DNA of 62,730 bases, counting the filler, from Choristocarpus tenellus KU-1152 (taxonomy: Eukaryota; Protista; Phaeophyceae), in the NCBI GenBank assembly GCA_964200185.2. It is 11 parts of 11 records of this genome, joined end to end, with 100 filler letters (N's around TTAATTAATTAA, not from the genome) between each part and the next. Parts side by side here need not be neighbours in the genome. Positions count along the whole stretch, not along the records: positions 12,083 to 21,625 come from CAXNAD020003593.1; positions 21,726 to 31,407 come from CAXNAD020003475.1; 9 more parts are not named here. One strand, written 5' to 3'. Within the stretch, counting starts at the first letter, position 1. Every line of letters starts with the position of its first letter. The translations under genes and the position numbers were made by a program. The notes beneath the pieces were generated by a model, which searched no databases, was not told where the DNA came from, and worked only from the letters and a program-made list of their open reading frames with translations. This document shows positions 13,601 to 26,798 of the stretch, one piece after another.

Positions 13601-15229
13601 TGACATGCAGCGAATCTACTGCACTGCCCTTGGGTAAAAGAGCAGTGGGATGACCCTGAGATGTATAGGGAGTGAGGGGGCTTGATGTGTTGAGTGAGTC
13701 ATTTTCCGGTCTCTACCGCCCTTTACCCCTCTGTCCTCAAGCAATCTTCATATCCTGAAGAATTTCGGTGCTCAAGCGTCTCAAGTGTTTCCCCACGACA
13801 ACCTCTGACACACAGTTCAATTCTCCACAGTGCCTCTCTTTGGAACCTTCCAAACCAATTGGCCTCCAATCACTCTGATTTGCGAACCCAATGCCAACCC
13901 AACCACTAACGGGGACACTTACATCAACATCCACACACTTCAGCCCCATCAAAATCTTACTTTCACACTGCCCCTGCTTGCTATGAGTCAGAAACAACCA
14001 TTCTGAGAAATTTGTTGAGACTCTTCGGACAGTTATTGACATATCTGGGGGAAGCCAGGAGTGGGCTCCCGAGTTGCTGGAGTCTGAGCTGGAGAGGCAG
14101 AATAATGAGAGGGTAAGACTCGCTAGATGTTGATGTAGCTGATCAATTTGATTATGAACTGCACCATTGTAGTGGTGGAGGTCCGTAGAGGTGTACAACA
14201 CATTGCAACTATTTTTCTATACTCGTTGGATGTCAACTCTTCATACTTCCATACTCGTCAAACATGGTGCGGGTATCAACTCACATAAGTTAGTCCCTTT
14301 CAGGTGCTCAGGGAAATTGTAGGTGCACTGCATATTGTCGTAGGTTCTGTTGAGCTCCATCTCAAGTGTTTTGGTTACAAATCATCACAAAGAAGTTGCT
14401 TTAGTATTGTTGTGATGGTTGTAGTAACTAGGAAGCTGAACAATTGGCATGTGTATTGATAGCACGGACACCAAGATTATGTTGGCCTCTGTGGCCTAAT
14501 CAGTATGCTCTACCCTGCAATGCATTACTTTTTCAAAAGTGTGCAATACTATGGGAATGTCTACATAGCAATCTACGCCTCCAGGATATATTTCTAGTAT
14601 TGTGTGACCATTACTATATTTCAGCTTGGTTGTTTTAGGATACTCTTTACATAAAGAACAAAGTAATCTTATCCATACGCTGAATAAATTTACTGCATGC
14701 CATACCAATCCCTCATACTAAGCTCCACAATGTGTTTGCACCCCCTAGGTTGTTCCACTAAATTAGCAAGGTCGTATTTGGGGTAGAGGAACTCTATTTG
14801 AAACCAATGCCAGACCTTATCTGATAGATCACTCAAAGGTTTTGGAAAGACAAATATCGGCGGATATTCCCAGTTCATTGTTTTGTTGCATGCAGCCTTG
14901 CTCTTGAAATGTTTTGCCTTCCTCTGGATACACCCTTATACCGCCTCTCCCGCACCTTACTCAATAAACCCTGACCACATAGTGCATCCTCTGTGTGTGA
15001 TACCTTACCGTGGAATGAGTATACATGTTGATGATTGCATGTGAGGTTGCCAAGGAGATACGTTGGAATGTATATGCTAAAATGTGTGAACGTGTTGGTG
15101 TGCACAAGTAGGATACATTTTTCCGGTTGTACAGTATCATTGATATGAAGTGCACTGTGTGTGTATAATGATGATGTTCTGTACTTCCCTGTTTGTGCAT
15201 GTGCCTTCATCATCATCACGAAAAACCAG

Positions 15230-18200
15230 ATGGCTGATGAATGCCTCCAAGAGGGCAGGTATGGGAGTGCCACCTACTTCCTGAATGTGGCGATGTGTGT
15301 CACAGACCAGTCGCAGAAAGGGACAAGAGCACGCCTTCACATCAAGAGAGCAGAGGCATCGGGAAAGAGTTGGGAGCACGATGAAGTTGTGATAGACTGC
15401 ACCAAGGTGACGCTAATCTTGGGGTGAAGTGGATATTGATGTCAAGGCAGTAGATGATTCTTGATTCATATGCGTCACCAGAGTATCATGTGGTCCTCCC
15501 CACCCCATCACTCTATGATTGCCCAGGGACTCCAAAGAGGAGACGCCTCACTAGAATCTCTACCACGGCAACCAACAAGATAGTGGTGTATGGGAAGAGC
15601 AACCCTCCTGCCAGTGTTTCTACCAATGATCCTGCCAATATCACCTATGTGTTCTTATTTTCCCAACGCCCTGATCACCTGTGGACCCTTCACGCAGGCA
15701 CTTGAGCTCACACAAGCTTCAGACATGGCGATGGTCCATAAATTGATGCTCATGCGGGCAAGTGCTTATATGGCCTTGGGTCAGTGGGATGATGCCAAGA
15801 AGGTGCGTTGCTTTTAGGTACACGCTCAAGCCAAGGGTGGTAAGGGATAGAAAAGACAATATTGATGAATGAATCCTCTTGTCACAGAACCGCTACCAAT
15901 TCATCGTGTTGAGTTGTACGGATGTACAAGACAAGCACATGATTTGAGAGGTAATAATATTTTATCATTGCATCTTTTGCGTCATTCTGTATGCATAGTG
16001 CCCTCAAAAATAGTTTTATAGGGTTGGTGAGTGACAACGGCTTCCTCAATCCAACAATGAAAAACAGTGTCTTGGTCAGATATATATAAGTACTGTGCAC
16101 ACTGGTAACCATGGTTGTGATGGTTGTGTCCTCTGCCATTTGGAGGAGTCTTGCCAATCCTAGCCTTTGCCTCCTCATACAGTACCACAGGGTTGGAGAA
16201 GTGTTTAATGCTTACATGAGTCCTTTACTTGTTTGTTATCTCCCCAATAGTCAGGTGTTACATTACCACTGCACCTGTAGGAAGAGGTTTGGTGGGCTGT
16301 GCTGGGAGCATGCCACCCTCACATAGAGGCGATAGGTACTCCATCAATCCTATTGGAGATAATAAATAGCAGTAGTATCAATGTTTCAAAACTGAGAGAA
16401 GGCGCCAAATCGATTTGTTGAAATTCAATGTATGTTGATGCAGTGATACAATGTTCGTTGGCGCCTTGAGTGAGACTCAGACTGATATCATCCTAGTAAA
16501 GCCACGGTAATACAGCGTACTGTGCTTTTCATTCTCCAATTTGTTTCAAATGGTGGTATTGTCACAATGCACACGCAGGTATGGTCACCATCCACTCCCA
16601 TTTACGTTTTTTCCATGGGAAGTTTGCCCGAGTCCTAACATCAATCTTTTGACGGGTTGCTCCACACACCCATAATCCCCTCTCTGTATGCCCCCCCTAC
16701 CAACTTCCTGTGTAATCTTGCTTGAAATTCGACTCAGGACTTAGAGGCCTTCAGGGATGGAGTGGGAGCAGAGAGTTCGAGATGGACTCCTGGACTCCAG
16801 GAAGATCTGGCGAATTGCCTCAGGCAGAAGGAAGCGCAGAGAAGTTCGACATGGCAGGGCGACAGGTAAGGAGTTTGAAATAGCAGGTTTGTATGTATTG
16901 TCATGGTCAATTAAACGTCACTCCAATCAGTAGTTTAAGCATTTGGTTCTATTCTAAACTTTGCAGTATGCTATACAGCCTTACGAAGGAAGTCAACTGT
17001 AGCAGGAAAACTATAGTAGTTTCAAGATGATTAAATGGTGAGTTGTATCTCTCTCCTCTCTGCACTTGGCTGGGAGGATGTCAGCATCTTGCATCTATGG
17101 AGAGAGGTTGAGATGTTGAGGAGGTACAACCAAAAATATTGCACATTGACACGCACACATATATGTATATATGTAGGGAGAGAGAGTACACCTGGTATGG
17201 AAGGATTGTAAGTGACGAGAGGGCCTTCCCTGACACAATCTACAAAATTTCAATGGTCATAATATACTATAAGGGTATAGACACAGCAACATATACAACA
17301 CTTCTCAAGGTTCTGGTCAAATGTACAGTGGTTGAATAAGCAATCTACTGTAAAACTACGTTCAGCTATGCCATGTTAGGTCGCCTCTACATGACGCTTG
17401 GGAAGTTATCACTGATGCGGCATGTGACCAAATTTTGTGATCAGTCATGAAACAAATTTGACAAAATTTGCTGCATGGAATCTGCGATATAGCTGATTGC
17501 ATCATACACCAACAAAAAAGGCCTGTCTAAGAACAGCATGCTTTAGTTCTAAATACTCAAGCCATTGGCGTTCTCTGTCAACTTGTTTCAACTGTATTTT
17601 TCTCACTCACGACAGCTATCACAACAACCACAATGCCAGCGGCTTCTACCACCACGGTTATGCAGGCAGTGGAGGTGCGTTTGGGTGGGAGTATATTTGC
17701 TGTGGATAAACCCTTGCACTTGTATTCCAAATTGAATATTGTATTGAATAAGGGTTAGGGTTAAATTGAATATTGTATTGAATAAGGGTTAGGGTTAAAT
17801 TGAATATTGTATTCAGGCTTCTTCACCGTATACTTGTCATCCTTCTAACCTCTCTCAGATCCCAGTCAATCATGAGAAGGACACCATTGTCATCGAGGTT
17901 TGTAATCACTACGTTTTCGATTTCATTTTGTCCTTTCAGTCTACACTCTTATTGTCTCTCCCATGCTGTACCTTTTGAACACGGACCTGAGACCCCTCAC
18001 ACTAAAGTGAAGACACAGAATACATATTGTCAAACACTGACATTGGTTACCAAACTGAAATGTGTCTTCTTCAACAAGTCTCGCCTTTCCCCTCCCTTGG
18101 CTCATTTTGGCCGTTCCTACGAAACCCACTTCCTTACCATACATGCACAAAAGCAGGAGCATGGGCAAGGGGATCCCAACCACAAGGGGAAGGTTGGGGG

Positions 18201-20199
18201 GCAAACTCAGGACACGGTTGGGGTGCAGGGATGCATGAAGAGACCGGTTGTATTGCTGAGGGCAAGTCGGGTGCCACACACTACGACACCCTCGAGCTGA
18301 CCAAGGGTGTCACCACTAATGCGGTGAGATGACCAAGAAGTACCTCACAATTTTGTATGCTGTTCTTGCTCCAAAGCATATTGGAATAGAGGCGGCAGCT
18401 ATGGTATGATTTAGTATACTATGTTCTCTTCCGCTTCGTTTTCCAGTATTGTCTTTGACTGGGTGAGGACCACATCCAAGGAGGTAAAATGACAGGGATG
18501 TTCAAATATGATGTACAATGGGCAGATGCAACTGATGTTGAGATATTTGTAGTTCCGTTGGTGCTTAAGATGGACAAGTTACCATGAATTGGAATCCCTC
18601 TTTTGCCAGGATAGTCAGAGCTTAGAGAAGTACAGTACGGCAAACTCACTAAAGTCAGAGATTATTGCACCTTAGAGATCTCTGTCGGACCGGTCTGTCT
18701 GAGGAGGAGTGATCCGTGTTGCCCGAAAACTTCCTGTATTGAGAACACAATCATGTATATATGGTGAGAGTTGTGATAGTGTTGTTTTTGTTGCAGTCAA
18801 ACAACACACCTTATGTAATACCCATGATACTCACCCAATAGATCCTCCAGACAATCCCATTCTTCCTCACCCCATTCCCCGGGGGGCTGGGGAAGAAGGT
18901 TAGGGTAAGACTATTTGGCATGGATACTGTGATTGTCATTCTACCGTCTTAGTAGGTAAGTTGACTGTAATGTGGATGAGCGTTGGTGGAGGGTTGATGG
19001 GACATGCCAACATAATTCTGCAGGTGAAGAAGGCCTACAGGAGATTGGCTCTCAAGTATCACCCGGACAAGAGTGCCAGAGTCGATGCTGCAGAGCGCTT
19101 CATGGAAGTGCAAAGAGCGTACGAGGTAGGAGAAATGTAGGAACAACTGGGCAGATCCAACTACAGAACCTATAAGATCGATACATGAGCAAGCCAAAGC
19201 CTTACCATTATGATATTGGTGAGAGATCCAAGCCGTGCTGCTGATGGCGTACGTGCATTTCAAAGAATCAACCTCTGATTTTCTTGAAGTTGATACAGAG
19301 TGAAATATGTGCCAACTTGTGTAGCCGGCAGGTGTAGTGACATCTATACTTCAAAGAGAACGCTTACACAGTTAGAGAAGGGACAGAAATCAAGTGTTAG
19401 AGCTGCAGTGAGGATTAACTTGGCTCTGGCTGCATACAGGATAGGGATTTTGCAATGTACGGATCTTGAAATTTTGACTTACACTGCTGGGGTTAATGAC
19501 AGTGGGTTGCTGTCTGGAGAAGAATCTGGATCCAGTTTATTTCCTGGAGCAAGTTGGACTTGGGCTAGAATCTCCTACACCGTGATTTGTGAGGAGGATG
19601 AGGATTGAGAATTGACAGTGTGATTAATTGTTCAGGATGTTCATGTTGTGGGGATGTTGTGGGGATTGTCGCTGCTTTGTTTCACATGTTAGGTTGAGAT
19701 GAGGTAAGGGTGTAAAAGCAGCATAAAGGAGAAAGGTGAGAGAGGATTGAGGGCTGGATGTCCATGCTGGCTTAGCTTGTGGTGCCTCAGTGCAGGGCTG
19801 GATCTTTAGGATAGGGTGACCACTGTTATTGAGGTGGCATAGGAGCACCTGCCAAGCAGAGTACATTGATAAGATGTCTCTGTAACTACCATGTGAAGCC
19901 TGTTGGATAACAAGTCTTCGTAGGGTTAGAATTCTGTTTGATACTAGTGAAAGTACAAACCAACCAAATTCACCTTGTACGAACAACCGCCATTCCCTTA
20001 CTGTGACGAAATATCTGGCACGATTGTCAACAATCATGGCACAAACTACAAACTCTCGAGCACATTAGTCATTGGACTCTAGTATACTACTTGACAATGA
20101 TTGCCATCGCATATCCCACGCTTTCAGGTCCTCAGTGATGACGTATCTCGCCAGGAGTACGATCTGATGCTGCAAGTTGATGGCGTTTGGTCTGGATGA
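15230..20199 (+). CDS. TPR-repeat plus C-terminal J-domain co-chaperone (DNAJC7-like architecture). Exons 15230-15406, 15698-15802, 16738-16865, 17616-17674, 18157-18323, 19024-19125, 20128-20199; 5' end may be incomplete
   Basis: All junctions are GT-AG and phase-consistent. TPR-like helices ([10 protein letters not shown]..., [21 protein letters not shown]). J-domain THYDTLEL...[16 protein letters not shown]...[21 protein letters not shown] with intact HPD. Confidence 0.9.
17729..17813. repeat. 34-bp minisatellite (~2.5 copies) containing telomere-like TAAGGGTTAGGGTT, inside an intron
   Basis: Unit AAATTGAATATTGTATTGAATAAGGGTTAGGGTT is directly repeated. Confidence 0.85.
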
Positions 20200-22304
20200 G
20201 ACTGCAAGAATTGCACTGCACTCATGCTTGACCCGTCCCAGACATGCTGAGCGCAATGAGTCATACCCCCTTCGATATATTGCTTTTCGTCTCTCTGTTG
20301 GTTGTCTTGAACTCAAATCTATCGTCTTGTTCTTGTTTTGTGTGTGAGTGTGTTCGGTAAGAGTGGATTTGTTCAAGTGTAGAAAAACCAACAGATCCAG
20401 TCGGTAACAAAGGGCGTTGGTTTGTGTTTGTGTGATTGCTGTGATAGTAGTGTTGATTTTTTCTGTGTTGATTAGTATGCGATTAGGGTCCGATGACCTT
20501 GGTCAGTAGCAATATTTTCATATTTTGTATGTGTATGACGACAGCAGTTGGTTGGTTTTGACTGTTTTTCGGTCCGGGTTCCTAGCAACACCCTCGAGTT
20601 CTGAACATTCCCAGACTGAACATCAAGAGAACACGATCGAATATACAGGGCAATACCAACAGGCGCTGGGCTGACTCTATGTCAGTAGATGCTTGGTACG
20701 ATTACTCATCACCCTCTTGGTCAGACTGACTCTTGGTTGCAGAGAGGGGCCATCAAAGCCCATCAGGGAGCTGCTGTGTATATGATGATTTGGTTGACCT
20801 TGTGCGGACATTGTACCCTCTGTGAAGGTGCATGCCGTGCAGTTGGCCCCCAGTTAGTGGGTAGTGGACCCATGCCTGGCCCAATGAAGATACTTGAATA
20901 AGGAGTAATTGAAGAGTAGATCTGATGGTGCTTGCTGGAATTGGGGAAGTGAATTGAATTTTGCTGTCATGCACGTGAATTTAACTTGGCTGATGATGCA
21001 GTAGTGATACAATAAAATCTCTGAAACTCTTAGTAGAGCTTGTTCCTCGTCACCTTCAGAATATTGATGCATTGCTCGTTTGTGTATGTGAGACAGCGGT
21101 GTCACCTCTCTTGATTCAGAAATTGTCTCCTTGCTGTTCTCCACTGGCATGTTGAGTTACTTGCCACCAGCTGTTCATCGAGGTTGATATTGCTACAGCT
21201 GTATACCAGAAGGTGCACTTTTTGGAAGACTAACTCTACTACTACAATGAGAGGTCGACGAAGCCCCCCACCAAGTGGCCAACAACTTGTTTGTTATTCA
21301 TCCTCTGCTGAATTTGCAATTTCTACACCATATAGTGCCAAGGGAAGTAACGCATACCGCACAAACCACAGCCGAAAACAGAAGAAATAAAGGGCGATAA
21401 TGTGTCTAGCTTGTATATTCGGTGTGTTATTTTGTATGTTGTAATGATACATCTTTGAGGGTGTCCCTCCTCCCTTTTCTCGGAAACAAGTTGGGGCTGA
21501 TTCTTCCGTCGAATATTGTAAGAAACAATACAACAGATAATGATGAAGTCGTAATTTTGGCTATCGTGCTTGCCGAGGCGCCCAAAACTCTCCACCGCAA
21601 AGGTGTTGAGGTTATAACTACGAGGNNNNNNNNNNNNNNNNNNNNNNNNNNNNNNNNNNNNNNNNNNNNTTAATTAATTAANNNNNNNNNNNNNNNNNNN
21701 NNNNNNNNNNNNNNNNNNNNNNNNNGCTATTCGCGTGTAACAAACGTTTGCACTTCGTTGAAATATAAGAAGAAATACTCGCTCTATTCGCCTGTAACAC
21801 TACCTGAAAGGATAAAGAAAACAATAGTATGGATAGGGCACTTTCTTTGTGGAGAAAAACTCTCATATCCTTCCCCTCACTACCAGTTAAACTGTTTGTA
21901 CACTAGAGTCATCATAAATATCTTGAGGCTTTCAGTCCAATTCGTAGTACAGTAGAACAATAACGTGCTTGCAAACAATGCGGACTTACTTATTCAGCTC
22001 AGGATACATAGAAGTGGGAAAATTTCAAATTGGTCGAAAGTTTGCAAAAAAATAAATAAGCTGATACATGTAACCCATAACATATTGCAAAAGAACACCT
22101 TCCAGATCAAAAGAAGACATGCCATTATTCAGGTAACCATCCTACCAAAAACACAATAATACCACAAGTCTAAAATAATCCGTGTTGTACTTCACTACGA
22201 TTGAAACTCTTTGTGACGCATTGCCTATGTAATGACTTGATTAATCTTTGGAAAAAATATAAAAAAACTACTACACTGTTTGACATTTTTGTCTTTTTAG
22301 CCAC

Positions 22305-25300
22305 CTGCCTGCTGAAAGAAAAAAACGAATGTGGGCTCGTTGCAATGACGACTTCAGCTCCTTTCATGAAGTGATGCACACTTTCCACCGTCAAGATTGT
22401 TTCAGCAAGCACATGCTGGTAGCCCCGTAGTACAACACAATAATGTTTGTGGTCGAGGTGACTTGTTCGGTATGGATGTATTGGCGCCGGGCCTTCAGGT
22501 GTATCAACATCCACATTGACAGAACCATTATCTTCCACTTCATCCTTTGAATCCCAGGTATCTTCCCCGCTGCAATATTGTGGTAATGGGGGCTCATGTG
22601 TGTCACACATCACTACCCTCCCACCTACTTGGAGTGCAATGGTGTCAGCCTCACGTCCTATCTTTTCGTCATGGAAGCATGAACGACATGAGTCGTATCC
22701 CCTAAAACCACAATTGTAGGCTCCAAAGCGCTGATCATTGCAAGTGCCATCACATATCTGGTACAACCGAAGGGCACATTACTGGAATGGGTCAGGGCGT
22801 TGGCAGTGGAGCATGTGCTGGTGAAGTCTGTGAATATATGTTGGACTGCTTGGTGTAATATCTGTCCGGACAGCAAATATGGAATGGTACATCACTGTGT
22901 CGAAAGGACAACTGCTTCTGACAGAAGCAATGCCTCAACACTTCAAATACAGATCGTTAAGAGGCAGGTGAAGTGAATGGCAATCTATCCACATGTTACT
23001 CCTGCAATTCTACCTCTGGGCACTGTACAAATTTGAACCTGCAAAATACGTATGGATCAGCCATCCCTCTCACTCACCGCAACCCCATCAGAAGTACACC
23101 CCCAATCACATTCCTTTGCAGGTGGTGGTGAGAGCGTGTCACACATGATAACATGTTGTCGTTCATGACAAGTATCATTGGATCCTCTATCCATACCTTG
23201 CATTGAGCGATACCACAGCGCCATTTCCTCTTTCTGTGCTTCCTCGAGATCAGTGAAGCAAAGGCGGCAGTCCTTTCCATATTTGGGTATATCACCAGCC
23301 CCACACATAAAGCCTCCGAAACGGGGTCTCAGCTTGCCTCGACCCCGTGAGCATGAAGGGTCACAAGTAGTACTTGTGCCCTTTGGTAACGATCCGTGAA
23401 CACTGCCACCACAGAACCGTGTACATTCGCTCTCGGAAGCAGGGTCAACAACTGAATGATCCGGCACTCCACTCCATCCTCCGTGTTTCTTCACACCCCC
23501 ACCAGTAGTGCTCCCATGAATAAACAGGGCTTCCCCATTTACCGCTTGCTGTAGAGTTTCATGCGTCACATCGTGGAAGCCAACATTCACGATCTAAACA
23601 GACAGACAGGCGAAAATTAATTATTCCATATGTCATCAGTGTTAAGATGCTGATCATCTGATTTGTCTTGATACTATACAGCATTGTCAGTTCTTACTGA
23701 GCGTTGATCTGTATATTGTACTGGTCGTTATCTCCACTTGCTTCATTAGCTCATCATCGCAACATCATCAACTACCTTTAGAACATCACAGTACATAGGC
23801 AGCACCAGAACAGTCGCTACCTATCACACATACGGCAATACTATGTGCCACATCAGTTCCCTCATATATTGATTCGAGTTTGGTCTTTTTGTTTCTTCGT
23901 TGTTTTTCACTCTCTTCTTCTTCACACAAGAAGTCATCAGCTATATACCATGTGTTGACTATTATTTTTCTCGGCTTACATCATCTCCTCACAAGACATC
24001 AACATCACTCTGCACTAAGTGTACCTGATATACACCGCGAGGCAATATATACAGAGTCGAAACATCCTCAGAAACCCTTCTCAGCCAAGGTAGCAAGCCG
24101 CTTCAGAGAACATATATTTTTCAGTTGAGCATCTCAATGAATACCCACATTTCACATCAACCATCCCCTGATTGAGCAAAACATGTCCTCAGATTTACCG
24201 GAACAAATACACCAGTGCTTTATTTCACTATGATACCTCTTTGTTACAAACTAGTCACATCACAAGAAAGCACGATCCATTCGAATTCAGGTTTCAATAG
24301 GTTATGAGCCTTACACGATTCCCTTTCGCTCAATGCTGTGGAAGTATGAGTTTGCTTATTCTCTAAGACAATAATTTTCAAATTGAGAAACAAGACAGAA
24401 TGTATACAAAATGGTTTGGAGCGCTCCTAAGAGAAGTCCAATATATTAGGATTGTCTCAATATTGAACATGCACGAAATGGCACAGGAATGGACCTCGTG
24501 CCTCACACACGCCCGTAACTTTCAAGAACCCGTGCAAGACCCAGACAATTTACAGAAATATATTAATCCATCTCACCAAGCTAGATTCCACAAATTTCCT
24601 GGAGTAGCGTTGCCACAAAAGCCAGCTGTACGGAAAGTCTGATAAGGTTGCCCATATTGCCACGTCAAAGGGGTAGCTGTAGCCCCATTGATCTCTCGTG
24701 TAGTTTAGGAACTCTGTGAACTCCTTATCATTGTTGTTGTAGATCGCATTTCCATTCAGGTGGCCGAGTACATGCCAGGATTCAGCCACAGTTGCCGTGG
24801 TGTGGAAGTTGTCCCCGGCAAGCGTGCTGCCCTTCACCCAAAATGCCTCGCCAAAACCAAATGCTGCCAAGTACAGTTCATCGAACGACGTTTCGTGCGC
24901 GACAATGACATCCCACTCAATCCATGCCAGCATATCATAAGAAGATATTTTCGTCTTGATCTCATTATCTAAAAACAGTTTGTAAAACTGTGCAGTAGGA
25001 CCTATCGGGTACACCAGCTCCTGTCATAGGCAAGTAGAAGATGAGAGCACGGGCGTTTGAGGGCATTATTCAATGCACTGATAATACTATGAGTCAACAA
25101 GTTGACAGAATGTTTTATTTGAGAAAAGAATCAGGCACGGAGCAACAACATGACTTTGAGGGACAAGGGGCTATAAGTGTTTGCCTTCTGAAAAACTTGA
25201 ATCTCACACCTCCTCTGAGAGACCTGCATACATAATCTTTCTAGATTTGAAGCAAGGAAAAGTTAATTTGTCGAACTCATGCAACACGCCATCTGGTATG

Positions 25301-25602
25301 GTGTCCTCAGCCCCGGCGTAGTACAATATGAGGTCCATGTACGTCGTCCTTGAAGACGAGCACTTTGAATGCCACAGCTCAAGAGATTGGACAACACTAT
25401 CGACGTCGCCTTCATATGTTGGGACCACCACCGCCATCCTCCCCCTGCTACCGAAGATTGACGGCAAACTCGTATCCTCCGCGGGTCCAAATCCAACAAA
25501 ACCAAAGTATAGGATTGTAGCGATGACGCACAAAACGTATATGACGGGATGAAGGTGATTCCTAAAATGATGTAGTCCCGACTGTGTGTGCCTGCCCCTC
25601 AT
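22305..25602 (-). CDS. Type II membrane protein: GT-A-like domain, two Cys-rich modules, start of a second GT-like domain. Exons 25602-25210, 25020-24577, 23593-23078, 22757-22305; 3' end unresolved
   Basis: N-terminal TM segment (VIYVLCVIATILYFGFVGF), MAVVVPTY first strand, IEWD DxD-like motif and HLNGNAIY motif. Phase-0 GT-AG junctions. Second domain begins HYCVVLRGY...VESVHHFMKGAEVVIAT. The start could be an upstream ATG near 25692. Confidence 0.82.
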
Positions 25603-26238
25603 GTAAGTCTTTGGAGGTCTTGCCTTTGGAACGTTCTTCTCGAAATACGACAAGAGTGGGGCAACAGTCAAGTTGGACACCGATCGATGCATGTTGTCCC
25701 AACACCCAGTGATGCGGTATTGTGGGCACTTCAAATAACGAGGTACGTGGATAATGATGCAAAATTTGTAGAAGACGCTGAATTAATTGTTAAGTATGAA
25801 GGATTGCATTACAGGAATGGTAAAGAAGAAGAGAATAATGTTCATTTTTTAATGGATCAGGGTTTTTCACATTTATGATATTTTATTTCCTTAGGGCTTA
25901 TACTCACAATATGTATTTTTATTATTATGCCTTCTGACATTTTGCAGATGTGTCAGGGGGAAACCAATGAAAACTATATACATATTTATTATTTTCATAT
26001 TTACCAAGTTTAGCATCTATTGATATATTATTTCGAAAAATCATTACTAGAAAATTTCCATGTTTGGAAGATATATATATTTATATAGGAATTTTCACAT
26101 TCGACAAGTAACCTAAATATTGGCGCTTCTTAGACTATTCAAAGATTGGTAGAAGGACTTTTTCCTAGCTGCAATGTTTTCAAAAGAACAATTAGAATAG
26201 AACAGAAATATGCTGTTCGTTGTTTTGGAAACTAGACT

Positions 26239-26798
26239 AGACAAAAGAGCGGAAGGAAGCCGGGAGGGCAGCCTGGACATTAATATAATGGTTATCAATT
26301 TAAAGTTCCTGATAAAATAGTAAATTTAGTTCCTAAAGAAAAAACGTGCGATTGTGGAGGCGAGCTTCATTTAGACAAAAACTACAAGTCGCATCAAAAG
26401 ATAGAGATTCCGCCGAGTAAGCCATTTGTAACTGAATATAGACTGCATTGCAGCCATTGCTCTTCATGCTTCAGAGAGTACAGGACTTCGCTTAAAAATT
26501 ATAAACTGTTAGAGAAAAATGCTGAAAGCATAATAACAAGTCTTGGAGGATTTTTTAATAATAGTAAAAGGGATATACAATCAATTCTAAGTCAAATATT
26601 TAACCTAGATATCTCGCTTGGTTTAATATCGAGCAGCGAAGCAAGAGTAACAGAAAAGCTAGAAAATAAGTATAAAAGCTTGTGGAATTAGCCAAAAATA
26701 GTCAGTATTTACATTTAGATGAAAGCTCTGCTAATAACAAGGGTAAATTAGGGTGGTGCTGGGTAGCAGCATGTAGGGCAGTGACGGTATTTAACTAA
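26239..26798 (+). pseudogene. tnpC: Bacterial IS66-family transposase (TnpC) fragment, Rickettsiales/Wolbachia-like
   Basis: RQKSGRKPGGQPGH*, zinc finger KTCDCGGEL...HQKIEIP...VTEYRLHCSHCSSC, HTH region SQIFNLDISLGLISSSEARV, then after a frameshift near 26675 YLHLDESS...GWCWVA (IS66 DET-like and WxWV motifs). One in-frame stop at 26281. No introns, AT-rich. Confidence 0.88.

Noticed and set aside
12400-13700. Possible DIRS/Ngaro-type retroelement (CCCH-like HCSFTQGQCSRFAACQH and weak recombinase-like residues) on the minus strand
   Set aside because: Too decayed. No convincing RT or tyrosine-recombinase motif could be read.
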